This document shows, in pieces, positions 40,909 to 42,078 of a stretch of 42,078 nt of DNA. The notes beneath the pieces are model-generated. The model ran no database searches, was not told where the DNA came from, and saw nothing but the letters and a program-made list of their open reading frames with translations. Position 1 is the stretch's first letter; each line of letters opens with the position of its first letter. A program made the position numbers and the translations under genes. The stretch is from assembly GCA_035464315.1 (NCBI GenBank), contig DATHSI010000227.1, positions 1 to 42,078 of the forward strand, in the 5' to 3' direction. This stretch comes from Candidatus Sulfomarinibacteraceae bacterium. Its GTDB lineage: Bacteria; Chloroflexota; Anaerolineae; Promineifilales; Promineifilaceae.

Positions 40909-42078
40909 ATGTCACTCTTTCTTACTAAGAACGATCCACAGGACGGGATCTGGAAATGGCAGATTGGCCTTTTTCTTCTGGGCATCGTGTCCTTCTTCCT
41001 TTTCGCCGCAGTACGCGGGTGGCCCGCAGCGATAGAGAGCGTAGATGTGGAGCAGACGCGCTTGAACGTTGCGCTCGCACCGCTGTCCCCCGGCAGGACC
41101 TTCGTTCAAGAGTTTCGGGCAGAGCGCAACGGTCTCACGGCGGTCGAATTGCTCCTGGCGCGGTTGTCCGAGGAAAGAGGAGGGCAGGTGGTTGTACGCC
41201 TTCACGATGGGGCCGGACGGCTGGTGGCCGAGGAGACGTGGCAGGCAACGTCCTTGCGGCACAATCAAACGCTTACCCTGCGTTTTGCGCCGCAACGCGC
41301 GTCGGCCGGGGAACGCTATACGCTGTCTCTGGAAGGCCGCAACGAACCGTCCTTTTCCTTCTGGGGCTATGACGCGGATGTGTATGCCGGCGGCGCGTTG
41401 ACAGGCGCTGACGCCTCTGCACAGGATCTGCGCCTGGTTACCCGCTACCGGCTTTTGCCGGCGGACGCGGTGCGCATCGCAGCTGCTGGACTATGGCAAG
41501 GGGCTGGGTTGCTGCTGTTGGCGCTGGCGCTGATACTGATGCCGGGGACGTTGCTTCTCTTGCTGCTGAAGCGGGACGAGCAGGCCTGGGATGCCGCTGC
41601 CTGGTGGGGCATGGCCCTGGGCGCGGGTCTTGGCGCCTGGCCTCTGCTGTGGTACTGGCTGACCGTCGCCGGCGGGCGCTGGAGAGGTTGGTCGCTCGCC
41701 ATGGTGCTGGTCGCCGGTTGGCTGGCGATCCTGGTCCTGTGGCGGCGAAGGAAAGGGAGGGCCGGCAAGCGAGTCCTGCACGCACACCTTCCGCTTGCTT
41801 TGTTGCTGTTGCTGGCTGTGACCCTTCGCCTGCTGGCGGTTCGCGATCTTTCCTTTCCCCCGTGGGTTGATTCAACCCGGCACGCCTTGATTACGCAGGT
41901 GATGGCCGGGGATGGGCAGATTGTGCGCGACTACTTTCCGTATTTGCCCGTCGAGCGATTCCCTTACCATTTCGGGTTTCACACGCTCTCGGCGGGGTTG
42001 CTTCTGCTTGGCGCTGCGGCGATGCCCACCCTGTTGCTGGTGTTGGGGCAGTTACTGAATGCCCTGGCTGCCCTGACG
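40909..42078 (+). CDS. polytopic membrane protein, GT-C-like glycosyltransferase candidate (3' end beyond window)
   Basis: Not in the ORF track (no stop in the window). The frame from ATG 40909 reads MSLFLTKNDPQDGIWKWQIGLFLLGIVSFFLFAAV (TM1), a ~150-aa extracytoplasmic segment, then multiple Leu/Trp-rich TM helices and a loop motif SFPPWVDSTRHAL. The track ORFs 40956..41372 and 41069..41401 are Arg-rich off-frame artefacts of this gene. Confidence 0.45.
   Translation, partial: MSLFLTKNDPQDGIWKWQIGLFLLGIVSFFLFAAVRGWPAAIESVDVEQTRLNVALAPLSPGRTFVQEFRAERNGLTAVELLLARLSEERGGQVVVRLHDGAGRLVAEETWQATSLRHNQTLTLRFAPQRASAGERYTLSLEGRNEPSFSFWGYDADVYAGGALTGADASAQDLRLVTRYRLLPADAVRIAAAGLWQGAGLLLLALALILMPGTLLLLLLKRDEQAWDAAAWWGMALGAGLGAWPLLWYWLTVAGGRWRGWSLAMVLVAGWLAILVLWRRRKGRAGKRVLHAHLPLALLLLLAVTLRLLAVRDLSFPPWVDSTRHALITQVMAGDGQIVRDYFPYLPVERFPYHFGFHTLSAGLLLLGAAAMPTLLLVLGQLLNALAALT

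Noticed and set aside
40912-41401. Track ORFs 40912..41295 (-), 40956..41372 (+) and 41069..41401 (+)
   Set aside because: Arg-rich off-frame or antisense products. A different plus frame from ATG 40909 encodes a convincing polytopic membrane protein that continues past the window end.

Overview
GC-rich (about 60-65% GC) bacterial chromosomal window that is densely coding on both strands. Adjacent genes repeatedly overlap by 4 nt (ATGA or GTGA start/stop overlaps). The gene content (F420-type LLM oxidoreductase, many lipoproteins with Pro/Thr-rich linkers, RsbRST module) suggests a Chloroflexi-like or other GC-rich Gram-positive-type lineage; this is inference only. Main blocks: (1) two tandem L,D-transpeptidase paralogs, an HD hydrolase and a clan GH-A glycosidase lipoprotein. 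(2) A complete stressosome-type module (RsbR-RsbS-RsbT-RsbX) translationally coupled to a large PAS-PAS-GAF histidine kinase whose N-terminus is an RsbU_N-like domain; no sigma-B partner-switching genes and no response regulator are present. (3) An ECF sigma factor, a soluble zf-HC2 anti-sigma factor, a 983-aa TPR-CHAT caspase-like protease, an S8 subtilase lipoprotein and a triple-LysM lipoprotein. (4) Housekeeping genes thrC, lpdA, tRNA-Val(GAC) with promoter and terminator, and a pair of paralogous SPFH membrane proteins. (5) A beta-helix secreted protein interrupted by one in-frame TAA. (6) A long minus-strand array: sat-cysC fusion, stand-alone cysC, prmC, tsaC, a TM-SH3b protein, and a glycosylation locus (two GT4, WecB/TagA, NAD-epimerase, DUF2723-type GT-C). 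A family of GGAGATY-heptad inverted-repeat elements (four copies) sits exactly at gene termini in this locus. An unusual triplicated 14-bp repeat creates a relay of overlapping mini-ORFs between the epimerase and the downstream GT4.
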